From a candidate division WOR-3 bacterium (GTDB lineage: Bacteria > Hydrothermota > Hydrothermia > LBFQ01 > DSFT01), in NCBI GenBank assembly GCA_965649115.1, contig CBFGJN010000011.1, forward strand, positions 1 through 41,892: a stretch of DNA of 41,892 nt. Reading direction: 5' to 3'. Positions 1-9,508 of the stretch are shown here, in pieces. The notes below the pieces were generated by a model that did no database searches, was not told the origin of the DNA, and worked only from the letters and a program-made list of their open reading frames with translations. The position numbers and the translations under genes are program-made. Position 1 is the first letter of the stretch. Every line of letters begins with the position of its first letter.

Positions 1-98
1 TAGCCGAAAAGTGGGAATTTTGAAGGCGAAGCCTTGGATATAGGGTGGGTGGGGAAAATATAGAAATGATTATATTTCCAGAATTATTGGACAATGCA
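1..98 (-). mobile_element. MITE copy, truncated by window start
   Basis: AAGGCGAAGCCTT hairpin, GGGTGGGTGGG tract and terminal AATTATTGGACAATGCA match the family end. Confidence 0.8.
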
Positions 99-115
99 AT
101 GCCTTATTAAATTTA

Positions 116-130
116 TCCTTTAAAATTTTA
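116..130 (+). promoter_or_regulatory. -10-like motif (CCTTTAAAATTTT), representative of leaderless-type promoters
   Basis: TAAAAT at 121-126, 6 nt before ATG 133, no SD; same motif at the other operon heads. Confidence 0.65.
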
Positions 131-132
131 AA

Positions 133-681
133 ATGCGAATTACAAGAGTTTATACAAAACAGGGAGATGATGGAAAAACACAATTGGTAGATGGAAGTAG
201 AGTTTATAAGGATAATTCAAGAGTTTGTGCTTATGGTGATGTTGATGAATTAAATAGTTTTATTGGTTATTTAAGAAGTTTAATAAATAATGATGAAATA
301 AGTGAAAAATTAAGAATTATCCAAAATGATTTATTTATAATTGGAGCAGATTTGGCAACACCTATGAATTTTGAAAAAGCCTTGAGATTAAGTGAAGAAA
401 AAATTAAACAAATTGAAAATTGGATTGATGAATATAACAAAAATCTTGAACCATTAAAAGATTTTATTTTGCCTTATGGAAGTAAGGAAATTTCAATTTG
501 TCATATATGTAGAACAATTTGTAGAAGAGCTGAAAGAAGTGTTGTAAAATTAATGAAAGAAGAAGAAATAAACAAAAATGTTTTAATTTATTTAAATAGA
601 CTTTCTGATTTCTTTTTTGTTTTAGCAAGGTACATAGCAAAAATTAATAATATAAAAGAAGAGTTTGTCAGTTGGAAATGA
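133..681 (+). CDS. pduO: ATP:cob(I)alamin adenosyltransferase, PduO type
   Basis: YTKQGDDGKT, YGDVDELNS, RTICRRAER, YLNRLSD motifs. Confidence 0.93.
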   Translation: MRITRVYTKQGDDGKTQLVDGSRVYKDNSRVCAYGDVDELNSFIGYLRSLINNDEISEKLRIIQNDLFIIGADLATPMNFEKALRLSEEKIKQIENWIDEYNKNLEPLKDFILPYGSKEISICHICRTICRRAERSVVKLMKEEEINKNVLIYLNRLSDFFFVLARYIAKINNIKEEFVSWK

Positions 682-1175
682 GAATAGTTGTTATTTCTGA
701 TACTCATATTCCATTTAGAGCCAAATCATTACCAAAAATTATTTATGATGAAATTGAAAAATCAGATTTAATAATTCATGCAGGGGATTTCGTTAGCTTT
801 GAATTTTATAGTGAACTTAAAAGCTTAAAAAATATAATAGCAGTTTTTGGAAATATGGATGAAATGAAACTATTAGATTATTTAAAGGAAGTTGAAATTT
901 TTGAAATTGAAGGATTTAGATTTGGTTTATTTCATGGACTTGGACCACCAGTAGGACTTAAACAAAGAGTATTAAAGAAACTTGAAAATTATGGAAAATT
1001 TGATGTTATTATATTTGGTCATAGTCATATTGCTTATTATAATTACGAAAATGGAATTCATATCTTTAATCCTGGAAGTCCAACAGATAGATTTTTTGGT
1101 CATAAAAGAACTTATGGAATTATTGAAATTAAAAATAAAAGCATAAATTTTGAAATAAGAGAAGTTGTAGAATGA
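678..1175 (+). CDS. metallophosphoesterase, YfcE/MJ0936 family
   Basis: SDTH, HAGD, GNMD, FGHSH, NPGS motifs; ATG 678 overlaps pduO stop (ATGA). Confidence 0.9.
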   Translation: MRIVVISDTHIPFRAKSLPKIIYDEIEKSDLIIHAGDFVSFEFYSELKSLKNIIAVFGNMDEMKLLDYLKEVEIFEIEGFRFGLFHGLGPPVGLKQRVLKKLENYGKFDVIIFGHSHIAYYNYENGIHIFNPGSPTDRFFGHKRTYGIIEIKNKSINFEIREVVE

Positions 1176-2005
1176 TAAAGGGTTTAAAAAGTCTAAAAAA
1201 TGTTGAAATTTCAGATATAATAAAAGTTTTTATTTTAAGAATGTTTCCTAAATTAAAGCTTTATGTAAAATTTAAGAATAAAAAGCCAGTGAAAGTAAAT
1301 TTAAGTGAATTTAGGAGTATTTGTGGTGTTATAGAAAATGGTTTCAATATATTGGATGTTGTTGATGATGGTGTAGTTTTTGAATTTTATGGATATAAAT
1401 TATTTGTTCCATTTTCAAAACTAAAATGGATGCCAGGAGTTCTTCATAAAGGTTCACCCTATTGGAAGTTAGATAATTTAGAAGGAAAGGTTATTCTTGA
1501 TGTTGGTGGATTTATAGGTGAAACTGCAATTTTCTTTCTAAGTAAAGGGGCAAAAAACGTTATTGTCGTTGAATCAGTGAAGGAAAATATAGATATTTTA
1601 TTAAAAAATCTTCAAATGAATGGATTTTTAAATAATGTACTTGTTCTTGATGAAGGTTTAGCTAACTACGATGGTTATTTGGAAGTTAGTTATAATAACT
1701 TCGGTACTGATTTCGGAAGAGAACTTGGCTTAAATAAAATTAAAATTAAAGTTAGAAATATAGACTATTTTTTATCATTTAAACCTGATATTGCTAAATT
1801 TAATTGTGAAGGTTGTGAAAAAAGTATTCTATATGCTAATCCTGATTATATAAAAGCAATAAATGAGTGGTTTATTCAAACGCACGAGGAAGGATTGGAA
1901 AAGGAAATAAAGAATTTGATGCTTAATCTCGGTTTCACTTTGATTGAAGAATATAGACATCAAACGAAATCATCTATTTGGACGCTTCATTTTAAATGGA
2001 TTTAA
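1172..2005 (+). CDS. FkbM family SAM-dependent methyltransferase
   Basis: ILDVGGFIGETA SAM motif; DIAKFNCEGCE (KxDxEGxE-like). Confidence 0.8.
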   Translation: MIKGLKSLKNVEISDIIKVFILRMFPKLKLYVKFKNKKPVKVNLSEFRSICGVIENGFNILDVVDDGVVFEFYGYKLFVPFSKLKWMPGVLHKGSPYWKLDNLEGKVILDVGGFIGETAIFFLSKGAKNVIVVESVKENIDILLKNLQMNGFLNNVLVLDEGLANYDGYLEVSYNNFGTDFGRELGLNKIKIKVRNIDYFLSFKPDIAKFNCEGCEKSILYANPDYIKAINEWFIQTHEEGLEKEIKNLMLNLGFTLIEEYRHQTKSSIWTLHFKWI

Positions 2006-3069
2006 ATTTCCTTGTTTTTAGTCCTTGGGAAGATGATTGGAATGAAAATGTAATTGGACCTCCTCATAATTATTATCTTTTGAATGAATTTAAAAAAAGA
2101 AATGTTAATGTTGATTGGGTTTATATTGGAGAGAAAAAATATAAAAATTTTGAAAACATTCATTTTATAAATTTTAAAGAATTTAAAATCAAGAAACGTT
2201 ATAATTTAATTGTTGGTTTTTCTTATCAACTTCACAATTTGGCACTTGAAATTTCAAGGTTTCAAAAAATTCCATATATAAATAAGCATTTTGGTGTTGG
2301 TATAAATCCGTTAATTTGGGACATTAAAAATCCTATAATAGCATTTAGGTATAGAAAATTATTAAATTGTTTTAAAAAGAAAGCTAACTATTATATAATT
2401 GAAGAAGATGGAACTAATGGGAAAATTATTACTACAATGTTTAAAATTCCTTCATATAAAGTAAGGATAAATGAGCAACCTAAACCTGATGTTATAAAGT
2501 TTGAACCAATTTATAGGAAAGAAAATTTTATAAATGTTGGATATTGCGGAGCAATTTCTAAGTATAAGGGTGAAAGAATAATTTTAAGGATTTTTCAAGA
2601 AATTTTAAAAAATAATAAAATCCATTTGATTGTTTTAATGAAGGGTGAAAATAAAGTTTTACAAGAGCTTTCAAAAAACTATAAAAACTTAACAATTATT
2701 AAAAATGTTCCTTATTTTGAGAATTATAAATTCTACTCTTCAATAGACTTTCTAATAAATCCTGTTCATTATGGGAATATGACATTACCTACAATTGAAG
2801 CATTCACTTATTCAAAACCTGTTATAGCATTTGATATTTCAATTTTTACAAAAATAGAACATCTAAAAAATGGTATTTTAGTTAAACCATATGATATTAA
2901 AGAATTTTCAAATTGGGTTTTTGAACTTTCAAATAATAAATTATTATTAAATGAACTTTCAAAAAATGCTTATGAAACATCTAAAACCATAAAAAGTTTT
3001 AGTGAGTACATTAAAGATGAGTTTGAATTTTTAAAATCCATAGCGGAGCTTAAATTCAAGGTAGAATAA
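1996..3069 (+). CDS. glycosyltransferase, GT-B/GT4-like
   Basis: GAISKYKG, C-terminal LPTIEAFTYSKPVIAFD and NGILVKPYD. Confidence 0.8.
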   Translation: MDLNFLVFSPWEDDWNENVIGPPHNYYLLNEFKKRNVNVDWVYIGEKKYKNFENIHFINFKEFKIKKRYNLIVGFSYQLHNLALEISRFQKIPYINKHFGVGINPLIWDIKNPIIAFRYRKLLNCFKKKANYYIIEEDGTNGKIITTMFKIPSYKVRINEQPKPDVIKFEPIYRKENFINVGYCGAISKYKGERIILRIFQEILKNNKIHLIVLMKGENKVLQELSKNYKNLTIIKNVPYFENYKFYSSIDFLINPVHYGNMTLPTIEAFTYSKPVIAFDISIFTKIEHLKNGILVKPYDIKEFSNWVFELSNNKLLLNELSKNAYETSKTIKSFSEYIKDEFEFLKSIAELKFKVE

Positions 3070-3120
3070 AGTTCTTTTAAAGCTTTCCACACAACCATAT
3101 TTTAATCCTTGAATTTTAAA

Positions 3121-3224
3121 CTGCTATTTGCCGAATACCAAGTTCTCTATTTTATTGGAGGTTCTTAAAGGGACAACAGCCCCCTAACCGAAAATAGGGT
3201 GGGAAAATAATTTTCATAAAAGCA
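3121..3224 (-). repeat. degenerate MITE remnant
   Basis: CCGAAAATAGGGTGGGAAAATA matches the family core. Confidence 0.5.
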
Positions 3225-3227
3225 AGT

Positions 3228-4619
3228 CTATTTGTTTATAATATGAATAGCTTTTTTCTTTACATTTTCTGCTGCTTCCATCAAAATTTCACTAATTGAA
3301 GGGTGAGGATGGGTTGTTAAAGCAATATCTTCTGATGTTAAATAGCTTTCCATTGCAAGTGTTCCTTCGGATATTAATGAACTTGCTTCTGGTGAAACTA
3401 TATGAATTCCAAGAATTTCATCATTTTCTTCATTAGTTATTATTTTAGCTAATCCATCAGTTATATTCATAGATAATGCTTTTCCATTTGCACTTATTGG
3501 GAATTTACCAATTTTTATTTTATAACCTTTTCTTTTAGCTTCTTCTTCACTCAATCCCACACTTGCTAATTCTGGATTTGTATAAACTACACTTGGAATA
3601 TATTTAACATCGTACTCACTTTCAATACCTGCTATAATTTCAACTGCTACTATTCCTTCTTTTGAAGCTTTATGAGCAAGTAATGGTTGTCCAATTACAT
3701 CGCCAATAGCATATATATTCTCAACATTAGTTTGTAATTTTTTATTAACTTTAATAAATCCTTTTTCATTTAAGGATATTCCTATTTTTTCTAAATTTAG
3801 ATTTTCCACATTTGGTTTTCTACCAACAGCTAACAAAACTTTATCAAATTCAAAACTTTTAACATTTCCCTCTACTTCAATTTCAAAAACATTTCCCTTA
3901 TATCCTATAACTTTTGAATTAGTAAAAATTTTTATATTTTGCTTCTCTAATGCTCTTTTTAAAACAGTTGCACATTCACTATCAACACCTGGTAAAATTT
4001 GATTTGCTATTTCAATTACAATTACTTCACTTCCAAGCCTGCTATATATACTTGCAAATTCTAATCCTACTGCTCCTGCTCCAATAATTAGTAATTTTTT
4101 AGGAATCTCTTTTAGAGCTACTGCATCATCAGAGTTCCATATAAAATTACCATCTCTTTTTATGTTTGGTAATTCAGATGGTCTTGAACCTGTTGCAATG
4201 ATTATATATTTACTAACTATCTTTAAATCACCATTTTTTGTTTTTACTAATAATGTTTTTTCATCAATGAATTTTGCTTCACCAAAAATAACCTCAACGT
4301 TGTAATTTTTAAGTAAAAAGTTAATTCCTGAAACAAGTTTATCAATAACACTATTTTTCCAACTATTTAACTTTTTAATGTCAATTCTGAAATCATTAAT
4401 TTCTATTCCCATTTTGCCTGAATTTTTAATACTAAGTAAAATCTCAGATGCATGTAAAAGAGCTTTTGTAGGAATACATCCTACATTTAAACAAACACCT
4501 CCAAGATAATTTTTCTCAATTATTATTGTTTTGATACCTAATTGTCCAGCTCTTATTCCCGCAACATAACCACCAGGACCAGCACCAATTATAGCAAGTT
4601 CAGTTTTTATTTCATTCAT
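3228..4619 (-). CDS. lpdA: dihydrolipoyl dehydrogenase
   Basis: GAGPGG, GGVCLNVGCIPTK redox disulfide, LAHKA, HPHPSISE. Confidence 0.95.
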   Translation of the reverse strand: MNEIKTELAIIGAGPGGYVAGIRAGQLGIKTIIIEKNYLGGVCLNVGCIPTKALLHASEILLSIKNSGKMGIEINDFRIDIKKLNSWKNSVIDKLVSGINFLLKNYNVEVIFGEAKFIDEKTLLVKTKNGDLKIVSKYIIIATGSRPSELPNIKRDGNFIWNSDDAVALKEIPKKLLIIGAGAVGLEFASIYSRLGSEVIVIEIANQILPGVDSECATVLKRALEKQNIKIFTNSKVIGYKGNVFEIEVEGNVKSFEFDKVLLAVGRKPNVENLNLEKIGISLNEKGFIKVNKKLQTNVENIYAIGDVIGQPLLAHKASKEGIVAVEIIAGIESEYDVKYIPSVVYTNPELASVGLSEEEAKRKGYKIKIGKFPISANGKALSMNITDGLAKIITNEENDEILGIHIVSPEASSLISEGTLAMESYLTSEDIALTTHPHPSISEILMEAAENVKKKAIHIINK

Positions 4620-4652
4620 ACGAAAATTTTAAAGGATTTTTTATAATAATTC

Positions 4653-4740
4653 TGCTGTGTCTGATATTAAGCCTTCGACTTGAAAATAACTATCCTATAA
4701 TTCCCAAAAAATAAATGATTTTATTTATGATTTGAAAACG
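4653..4740 (+). repeat. degenerate MITE remnant (left end)
   Basis: TGCTGTGTCT start followed by AAGCCTTCGACTT hairpin. Confidence 0.55.
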
Positions 4741-4793
4741 AGCTTTTGCCTTGAAAGAGGTAAATTGCTCTACCATTAAAATTTAATCGTTTT

Positions 4794-6170
4794 ATGATAA
4801 TCCTTTTTATATCAAGTTTAAATGTTTTATTTAAAGAACCAAATATATATGAGCTTTTATTTCCTTTAAAAAATCCTTATTTATTTAAAAGTTTTTATTT
4901 TATTATCTCTTTGAATTCAGATGTTTCTCAAAGTTCAGCAGTTAAATTAAATTATTCTCCGAATGGAATTTTAAGTGATAGCACTTTTATATATCAAAAA
5001 TTTATTTTTGGACAAAAAGGTGGATTTGATAATTTTTCTATTGGTTTTAAGAAAAATGAATTTCAAATAGATTTAAAAGCTCAATTTAATGAAGTTCTAT
5101 ATATTGAGACAAGTGAAGAAAATCAAATTCAAAATTTGGATATGATATTTGGTAAAATTAGAGATACAATATATCCAACAGATATTAGTGGTCTTGATAG
5201 AAGTCTTATTGTTGAATATAATTTTGACTCACTATATAGAAGAATTGATTTATCTTCCATGGGTAAATTTTCAATTTCTTCAAATCCAATTATTTTTGAA
5301 ATTGGCTATAAAAATTTTTTAGTTTCATCTGAATTTAGATTTATAACTCAAAGTGGAGATTTTATTGAATATGAAGCTAAGAACTTTTATCTTTCTTCAA
5401 GCCCAAAGGTGAAGTTTTTAAATTGCTCAAATTGTAAGTGGTTTGCTTATCTTTTTTCAAGTCCAAAAATTCCCTCACCTTTCAAAATAAAAAGAATTTT
5501 TAATGTAAGTGATAAAAGTCATTTTAGTTTTTATTTAACTTACTTTGATAATAAAACAATTTTAAGATTTGGTTATAGTCCTAAATTAATTATTGAAGGT
5601 GAAATAAATGATGAAATTTCCTATATTTCTCAAATAACAAATGTTGTTGATTCAATAGCTTATGATAAAAGTTCAAATTATCTTTATGCTACAAAAAATG
5701 GTGATACAATTGAAATTTCAAATTATGCTTTGATTTATCTATTTTTCAACTATAAAGATACTACTTATTCAAAAAAACTTAACTTTTTTTATGAAATTCC
5801 TCAAAATTTTATATTTGAATTTTATAGAAATTTTAGGTTTAAAAATGTTGATTTTTCGTTATTTTTTGGACAAAGAAGTTTATCCAATTTATATTTTGGG
5901 GCTTCAATAATTCACAAATTTTATAAAAAAACACTAATTAATTATGGTTATTTATACAATAGGAATTTTAGTTTTGGTTATCATAATGTTTTTATTAATT
6001 TTCTTGTACCAACTGGTAGATTTTTATTCAGTTTTGGTTCTCATATAACGATAAATAAGGAAGGTGAAGAAAAAATTATAAATTCACTGCTAAAAAATTA
6101 TCTTATTGATTATAAACCTTCAAATTATTTGTCATTTGGCATAAATCTTCAAATAAGTTATTTAAGGTAA
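4794..6170 (+). CDS. hypothetical protein, possible outer-membrane beta-barrel
   Basis: 458-aa ORF with aromatic-rich alternating strands and C-terminal LSFGINLQISYLR; short hydrophobic N-terminus. Confidence 0.55.
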   Translation: MIILFISSLNVLFKEPNIYELLFPLKNPYLFKSFYFIISLNSDVSQSSAVKLNYSPNGILSDSTFIYQKFIFGQKGGFDNFSIGFKKNEFQIDLKAQFNEVLYIETSEENQIQNLDMIFGKIRDTIYPTDISGLDRSLIVEYNFDSLYRRIDLSSMGKFSISSNPIIFEIGYKNFLVSSEFRFITQSGDFIEYEAKNFYLSSSPKVKFLNCSNCKWFAYLFSSPKIPSPFKIKRIFNVSDKSHFSFYLTYFDNKTILRFGYSPKLIIEGEINDEISYISQITNVVDSIAYDKSSNYLYATKNGDTIEISNYALIYLFFNYKDTTYSKKLNFFYEIPQNFIFEFYRNFRFKNVDFSLFFGQRSLSNLYFGASIIHKFYKKTLINYGYLYNRNFSFGYHNVFINFLVPTGRFLFSFGSHITINKEGEEKIINSLLKNYLIDYKPSNYLSFGINLQISYLR

Positions 6171-6209
6171 TTTAATTTTGCCTTCTATAAAAACGATAGT
6201 TTATGTAAT

Positions 6210-7499
6210 TCAATCAAAAAATCGTTTATATATTTCGTCTATATTCTTAAAGTAATTCCAATTTAAGCATTCTTCAATTTCCTCCTTACTTAAATACTTT
6301 TTAATTTCATTATCATTCCTTATAGCATTTTCAAAATTTTCTCTTTCAAATTGCGATATTTTTTTTAACCATTCATAGGCCAGTTTTCTTGAAATACCTT
6401 TTTGAACAAGTTTAAGTAAAAATGGTTGAGTTAAATAAAATTTACCAAATTTTTCCATATTTTCTTTAATTCTTTTCTCATCAATAATTAAATTTTCAAT
6501 AATGTTTTTTGAAAGTTTTATAATGTAATAGATGGCTGATGTTATATCTGGTAAGATAATTCTTTCAACTGATGAATGGCTAATATCTCTCTCGTGCCAA
6601 AGGGCAACATTTTCATTTATAGGTATTAAGTATCCTCTAATAAGTCTAACAAGACCATTTATCCTTTCGCTTCTGATTGGATTTTTCTTATGTGGCATAG
6701 CGGATGAGCCTCTTTGTTTTTCATAGAATGGTTCTAAAAATTCTCCAACTTCCGTTCTCATTAAAAGTCTTATTTCTAATGCTAATCTCTCTATATTTTC
6801 GGATAATAAAACAAGATTATTTACAACAAAAGCATATCTATCTCTTGGGATAATTTGTGTAGAAACACTTTCAGGTTTTAAATTTAGTTTTTTCATAACT
6901 AATTCTTCAATTTTGGGACTTAAAAATGCAAAATTACCAACTGCTCCTGAAATTTTTCCATAACTTATTTCTTCAATACTATCATTTAATCTTTTTAAGT
7001 TTCTCAAAGCCTCTGAATAGTAGTTTAAAAATTTAAGACCTATTGTTGTAGGTTCAGCATAAACGCCATGCGTTCTACCCATAATTGGACTATATTTATA
7101 TTTAATAGCTTTTTCTTTTAAAACTTCTATAAATTCTTCATAAGCTTTTCTTATTAGAATTAATGCTTCTCTAAATATAAGAGCATTTGCAGTATCAATA
7201 ATATCAGAAGATGTAAGTCCATAATGTAAGTACTTAGCATATTCTGAAATTTCTTCAAGTGCAATTAAAAAAGCAATTACATCATGTTCAACTTCCCTTT
7301 CAATTTCAATTTGTCTTTTCAAAAGCCAATTATAATCAATATCTTTTATATCTTCTTTTATTTTAAGAGCTTCCTTTGGAATTATTCCTAATTCAACTTG
7401 AACCTCAAGAACAGCTAATTCAACTTCTAACCATTTTTTAAGTTTGTTTTCTTCTGACCAAATTTTTTCAATTTCAGGGAGAAGATATCTTTTAATCAT
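6210..7499 (-). CDS. purB: adenylosuccinate lyase
   Basis: GRTHG and GSSAMPHKKNP signature; start moved to ATG 7499 (MIKRY), 7 nt after the -10 motif. Confidence 0.95.
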   Translation of the reverse strand: MIKRYLLPEIEKIWSEENKLKKWLEVELAVLEVQVELGIIPKEALKIKEDIKDIDYNWLLKRQIEIEREVEHDVIAFLIALEEISEYAKYLHYGLTSSDIIDTANALIFREALILIRKAYEEFIEVLKEKAIKYKYSPIMGRTHGVYAEPTTIGLKFLNYYSEALRNLKRLNDSIEEISYGKISGAVGNFAFLSPKIEELVMKKLNLKPESVSTQIIPRDRYAFVVNNLVLLSENIERLALEIRLLMRTEVGEFLEPFYEKQRGSSAMPHKKNPIRSERINGLVRLIRGYLIPINENVALWHERDISHSSVERIILPDITSAIYYIIKLSKNIIENLIIDEKRIKENMEKFGKFYLTQPFLLKLVQKGISRKLAYEWLKKISQFERENFENAIRNDNEIKKYLSKEEIEECLNWNYFKNIDEIYKRFFD

Positions 7500-7534
7500 T
7501 GTGAAAATTTTAAATCTCATAATTTAATTATTTA

Positions 7535-7730
7535 TGCTTTGTCCAATAATTCGGAAAGTATAGTTATTTCTATATTTTGCTCAACCACACTAAAATTAAG
7601 GCAGAGCCTTTAAAATACCCATATTTCGGCTTTGCCTCCCATTAAAACCCCCTATAAAATCAAGAATTTCAGAAAACTTTTCATAAATCATTGATTATCA
7701 ATTACTTAACACTATTTATTGGACAAAGCA
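7535..7730 (+). mobile_element. MITE, full copy (196 bp)
   Basis: TGCTTTGTCCAATAATT...TTTATTGGACAAAGCA; flanks aattattta / cattattta (8 of 9 match). Confidence 0.88.
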
Positions 7731-7739
7731 CATTATTTA

Positions 7740-7941
7740 TGCTGTGTCTAGTAATTCTGAAAATATAATCATTTCTTATTTTGCCCACCCACCCTATATT
7801 TAAGCCTTCGGCTTTAAAATACCCGTTTTTCGGCCGTGGGGGGCAGAGCCCCCAAAAACCCCCCTAAAAATCAATAATTTTCTTGAAAATTTTATAAATT
7901 ATTGATTATCAATCGCTTAACAATAATTATTGGACAAAGCA
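7740..7941 (+). mobile_element. MITE, full copy (202 bp), 9 bp after the previous copy
   Basis: TGCTGTGTCTAGTAATT...AATTATTGGACAAAGCA. Confidence 0.88.
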
Positions 7942-7944
7942 CTT

Positions 7945-8049
7945 ATTATTCCCACCCACCCTATATTTAAGCCTTCGGCTTATAAATACCCATATTTCGG
8001 CAATAGGTGGGCAAAGCCCCCCTTGATTCCCCATAAAATCAATAGTTTT
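7945..8049 (+). repeat. MITE internal fragment without ends
   Basis: CCCACCCACCC, AAGCCTTCGGCTT, GGGCAAAGCCC. Confidence 0.75.
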
Positions 8050-9471
8050 TTATTTTAAAATTTTAAGAACATAAGTTTTTGGTTCGTCAGTTTGATAAAC
8101 AATTTGAAATTTGTCTTTATATTTCAAAATTACAGGTAATAAGTACCTTTGAGTTGTTCCCGTCCAAAAGAAGTTATCAAGAATAACATAATCACAATCT
8201 TTTATACTTAAAAATACACTATCAACATTATAAGAAAATTTATAGACTTTACCCTTATTTCCTGCTATTAAATATACAAATTCAGGCTTTCTTGAAACGA
8301 TAATTTTATCCTTGGGAATATTATTTTTAATATAATTAATAGCTTCAAAAAATTTCTGCCAATCAGGAGAATATAAACTATATGGATTTTCCTTATATAA
8401 CATCCAATCATTTAAATTTTGAGGAATCCTTTGAATAATCAAGGAAAAGTTGAAAGCGAAGATAAAAGAGCAAATTAACTTAAAGATAGTTTTATTAAGA
8501 TAATTTAGTGAATTTAATGAGAAATAAAGAATGAATGGTAAAATAGGCAAAATAAATCTATCAGATGTCCAAACTTCTGGCCAAGAAAATGCAACTATTA
8601 AATAAAAAATTGAATAAATTTTCATAATTCCCAAATTTTTCTCTTTTAAAAATCCAATAAAAAATCCAATTAAAATTAAAATTCCAATTATATTTAGTAA
8701 AAATTCACTTTCTAAATTTATTATTGATTTTGGGATGATAAACAAGAAATAGCTCAAAAAATTGTTTAAAATTCTAAATATAAAGTCAGAAATTGAAATA
8801 TATCCAAGTTGAGGATTATAAACATTTTTATAGAAAAATTCTTGAATGTACGTTGTTTCATTTGGATTTTTGTGGAAAATTGTCCAAAGTTGCCAAGATA
8901 ATACAAAGATAGATGAAATAATTAAGCTTAAAACAGATAATTTAAATTTTCTTTTTAAAATTAAATCTAAGACTATTGAAAAAATTATTGAAATTCCAGC
9001 ATTTCTTATAAGAAAGGCAAAACCAGCAAATATAGATGAAAGAAGGAATTTTTGATTTGTGTAAAAAAATATAGATAATAAAGAAAACAATAAATAAGAT
9101 GGTTCTGAAAGTAATTTTGAACTATAATCAATTAATAAAGGGGATACTGACAGAGCTAAAAGAAAGTAGAAGTTCCTAAAAATTGTTGTTAATAGAAAAA
9201 ATGAAAAAATTGAAGAAATTAAGGGAACAATTTTTAAATAGGTTTCATTAGGTCCAAAAAACTTATAAAATATAGCTAAAATTAATGGAAAACCGGGTGG
9301 AAAATGTGTATGATATGGACTATTGAATAGATACAAGCTTAAATAATTGTGGTATTCAACTATTGATTTTGAAAGTATAATGTAAATTACATTATCTCCT
9401 CCTGTTCCCATTTTAATATCAAAAAGTAAAATACAAAAAATTGTGAAAATTATTAGAGGTAGATATATCAT
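8050..9471 (-). CDS. GT-C membrane glycosyltransferase (ArnT/PMT-like)
   Basis: GGDNVIY loop, HFPPGFP, LSEPSY, RFILP and many TM segments. Confidence 0.75.
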   Translation of the reverse strand: MIYLPLIIFTIFCILLFDIKMGTGGDNVIYIILSKSIVEYHNYLSLYLFNSPYHTHFPPGFPLILAIFYKFFGPNETYLKIVPLISSIFSFFLLTTIFRNFYFLLALSVSPLLIDYSSKLLSEPSYLLFSLLSIFFYTNQKFLLSSIFAGFAFLIRNAGISIIFSIVLDLILKRKFKLSVLSLIISSIFVLSWQLWTIFHKNPNETTYIQEFFYKNVYNPQLGYISISDFIFRILNNFLSYFLFIIPKSIINLESEFLLNIIGILILIGFFIGFLKEKNLGIMKIYSIFYLIVAFSWPEVWTSDRFILPILPFILYFSLNSLNYLNKTIFKLICSFIFAFNFSLIIQRIPQNLNDWMLYKENPYSLYSPDWQKFFEAINYIKNNIPKDKIIVSRKPEFVYLIAGNKGKVYKFSYNVDSVFLSIKDCDYVILDNFFWTGTTQRYLLPVILKYKDKFQIVYQTDEPKTYVLKILK

Positions 9472-9475
9472 AAAT

Positions 9476-9506
9476 TTAAATTTTAAAGTTTTGCCTTAAA
9501 ATTTTC
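9476..9506. promoter_or_regulatory. back-to-back divergent -10 motifs
   Basis: TAAAAT on minus at 9480-9485 (8 nt before ATG 9471) and on plus at 9497-9502 (6 nt before ATG 9509). Confidence 0.6.
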
Positions 9507-9508
9507 GT

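Noticed and set aside
7535..8049. Stacked repeats as a CRISPR array (given cas6 in the window)
   Set aside because: Units are ~200 bp with TIRs and TSDs and 9-bp gaps; no 25-45-bp direct repeats with unique spacers were seen anywhere.
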